This document shows, piece after piece, positions 35,187 through 36,763 of a stretch of DNA of 36,763 nucleotides. The notes below the pieces were generated by a model. That model did not search any database. It saw only the letters and a list, made by a program, of their open reading frames with translations, and was not told the DNA's origin. Source of the DNA: a virus (Duplodnaviria > Caudoviricetes); the IMG/VR virus record IMGVR_UViG_3300027734_000164, positions 1-36,763 of that record. One strand, 5' to 3'. The position numbers and the translations under genes were made by a program. Each line of letters opens with the position of its first letter. Position 1 is the first letter of the stretch.

Positions 35187-35489
35187 TCATCTAAACAGCA
35201 GGTAGCCTTTTGAGTATGCCTCAATTGAGTTGCTGTGAATCCAGTTGTGGCAAGTCATGCATACTGCCATGAAAAATTCTTTCTCATTAAGCCTCTCTCC
35301 AAACCTTCCCCTTTTGTGGTGGATTTGATCTGCCTTTTTCCAACATCTTTCACATAGTGGATTGTGCTGAAGATACTCAAGCCTCACAGCAGAATAAACC
35401 TTGTTCTGCTTTGCTCTTTTCTTTGAAACAGGCTTTAGCCTTCCACCTCTCTTGAGCGGTGTCTTTCTTTTTAGTGGTGATCGTTTCAT
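35187..35489 (-). CDS. HNH endonuclease (packaging-associated)
   Basis: CERC...IHHKRGR...CMTCHNWIH. Confidence 0.9.
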   Translation of the reverse strand: MKRSPLKRKTPLKRGGRLKPVSKKRAKQNKVYSAVRLEYLQHNPLCERCWKKADQIHHKRGRFGERLNEKEFFMAVCMTCHNWIHSNSIEAYSKGYLLFR

Positions 35490-35569
35490 TTTAGAATGTC
35501 ATCAAGAATAGAACCAAGGATGCACACTACAACAAGGCCAACCAATAGTAATAAAAAACTTTCATTCAT
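35486..35569 (-). CDS. Small membrane peptide (27 aa, not in ORF track)
   Basis: MNESFLLLLVGLVVVCILGSILDDILK; ATGA overlaps at both ends. Confidence 0.55.
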   Translation of the reverse strand: MNESFLLLLVGLVVVCILGSILDDILK

Positions 35570-36174
35570 TTGAATGCCTCATCTTCTGTTTTCTGAATGG
35601 TAATCATCAATTGATCTACTGCATCTTGAATTGCTTTTTTAGAGCATTCTGGGTCACTTGGATTTGCCCTGGTTGCAACTGATGATGGCATAGCATCCAG
35701 TAGTGAACGGATTTGAGAGAGGAACTTAGAAAGAGTTTCTTGAACTTCGTCTGCCGAAAGTGTTTGTCGAAGCCTAGCCTTTTCCTCTTCATGACATCTC
35801 TTGGCATCTTCATAGCCCTTCCTGGCTTCATTATGGGCATGGATTGCGGCTTTGATTTGGAATATGTTGTCTGTTTTAAGTGCTTTTCCAACCTTGCTGG
35901 CCGCTGATAGCTCAATTCTTTCTGCCCTAAGAACCCTTCCCAGGCTTGTGCTTGCTGAAATATCCTCATTGGATATTGCATCTGGTTCTGGTTGTTCATT
36001 GCTTTCTTGGCTTGGCTCTACTGGAATGGCGTGTTTCTTTGGCATCTTCATGTTCTCCAGCCTCCATCGCATGGCTGAAGCTTCTGACTCCAACGGCATT
36101 CCCCTTTTTACCATTCTTGAAATTTGTCCTGGAGTATATCCCCATTTCTGGCAAAGCTCTTTTTGTCTTATCAT
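35566..36174 (-). CDS. terS: Terminase small subunit (Nu1-like)
   Basis: N-terminal HTH QKELCQKWGYTPGQISRMVKRGMP; coiled coil; RSLLDAMPS. Confidence 0.8.
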   Translation of the reverse strand: MIRQKELCQKWGYTPGQISRMVKRGMPLESEASAMRWRLENMKMPKKHAIPVEPSQESNEQPEPDAISNEDISASTSLGRVLRAERIELSAASKVGKALKTDNIFQIKAAIHAHNEARKGYEDAKRCHEEEKARLRQTLSADEVQETLSKFLSQIRSLLDAMPSSVATRANPSDPECSKKAIQDAVDQLMITIQKTEDEAFK

Positions 36175-36210
36175 AAACTAGCTTAACTGCTGAAGGGTAA
36201 TCTTCATTCA

Positions 36211-36690
36211 TCACAAAGGTCTGCCACAGGCTTTGCATTTTTCACCATCTGCTTTTTTGTCCTCATCCTCTGGTGGTGCTTGCTCCATTAGGTCAGCAAG
36301 TTCATCGGCACCAAACCCAGTAATGTCCAAATCTACCTCTCCAGTGTCCAGTTCTTCAATTAGGTCTTTGAGTTGTGGCAGGTCAAACTCTCCACTCAAT
36401 TTATTCAGAGCTATATTTGCTGTCTTTTCTTTTTGTTCATCCAGCCATACTGCCCAGACATCTACAACATCCACACCCATGGCCATATAACATTTGAGTC
36501 TTTGGTGGCCTCCAACAATTCTACCTGTCTTGGCGTTCCAGGTGATGGGCTGGAGATTCCCCAACTCATGCAAGCTTTTTGTGAGCCTTCCAAGGGAATC
36601 ACTAGAAATTGTTCTGGGATTGTATGATGCTGGAATTAGTTCAGAGATTTTCTTCTGAATCAGTGTTGGGAATTTTTGGTCTTTATTCAT
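36211..36690 (-). CDS. ParB/Srx-like N-terminal domain protein
   Basis: LIPASYNPR, PITWN, IVGGHQRL, NIALNKLSGEFD; C-terminal CKACG. Confidence 0.9.
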   Translation of the reverse strand: MNKDQKFPTLIQKKISELIPASYNPRTISSDSLGRLTKSLHELGNLQPITWNAKTGRIVGGHQRLKCYMAMGVDVVDVWAVWLDEQKEKTANIALNKLSGEFDLPQLKDLIEELDTGEVDLDITGFGADELADLMEQAPPEDEDKKADGEKCKACGRPL

Positions 36691-36753
36691 AAAGCTTTTT
36701 ATATCAGTTTTTTACAATATGGTTTTTTAAGCAACTCGCACAAAGACTCGTCG

Positions 36754-36763
36754 GCTCGGAACC
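36754..36763. repeat. Terminal direct repeat GCTCGGAACC (right copy)
   Basis: Identical to 1..10. Confidence 0.85.

Noticed and set aside
35187-35489. HNH as a mobile homing endonuclease or intron
   Set aside because: Short stand-alone HNH beside terminase is typical of cos-phage packaging modules; terL is uninterrupted
361-36627. Many 60-150 aa plus-strand ORFs
   Set aside because: Nearly all shadow well-supported minus-strand genes that are chained by start/stop overlaps; none has family motifs
1-36763. Stop-codon reassignment
   Set aside because: Standard code gives dense full-length genes, and TAA, TAG and TGA all terminate coupled genes
1-36763. Specific host assignment
   Set aside because: Spanins indicate a diderm host, but nothing in the sequence alone supports naming a phylum

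Overview
Apparently complete 36.76-kb genome of a small tailed dsDNA phage with lambda-type packaging (GpA-family terminase, lambda-family portal, non-contractile tail). It is bounded by a 10-bp terminal repeat (GCTCGGAACC) that sits where cosN is expected. All credible genes are on the minus strand. Reading from the right end, the order is: ParB-like, terS, HNH, terL, gpW-like; portal with a very long C-terminal extension, small acidic gene, protease/scaffold, cement, major capsid; accessory virion proteins and a four-gene glycosyltransferase/methyltransferase block; tail module with a GGGAAAC -1 frameshift and short tape measure; lysis cassette (holin, overlapping spanins, M15 endolysin), pointing to a diderm host; nucleotide enzymes; early genes, recombination, replication initiator with iterons; TAGT/GREB1-like DNA glycosyltransferase pair, 3D-domain protein and HTH regulators. 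I recognise no integrase, repressor, polymerase, tRNA, CRISPR array or reverse transcriptase. The most notable signals are: (1) a 1345-aa portal ending in an HExxH metallopeptidase, followed by an immunity-like gene; (2) TTGACA placed 13-16 nt before eight late-gene start codons, with a sigma-region-4-like HTH as candidate reader; (3) a probable virion glycosylation block; (4) a skewed k-mer signature (CCWGG excess, GCWGC avoidance, CG depletion). All product calls come from motif recognition and gene order; no database searches were run.
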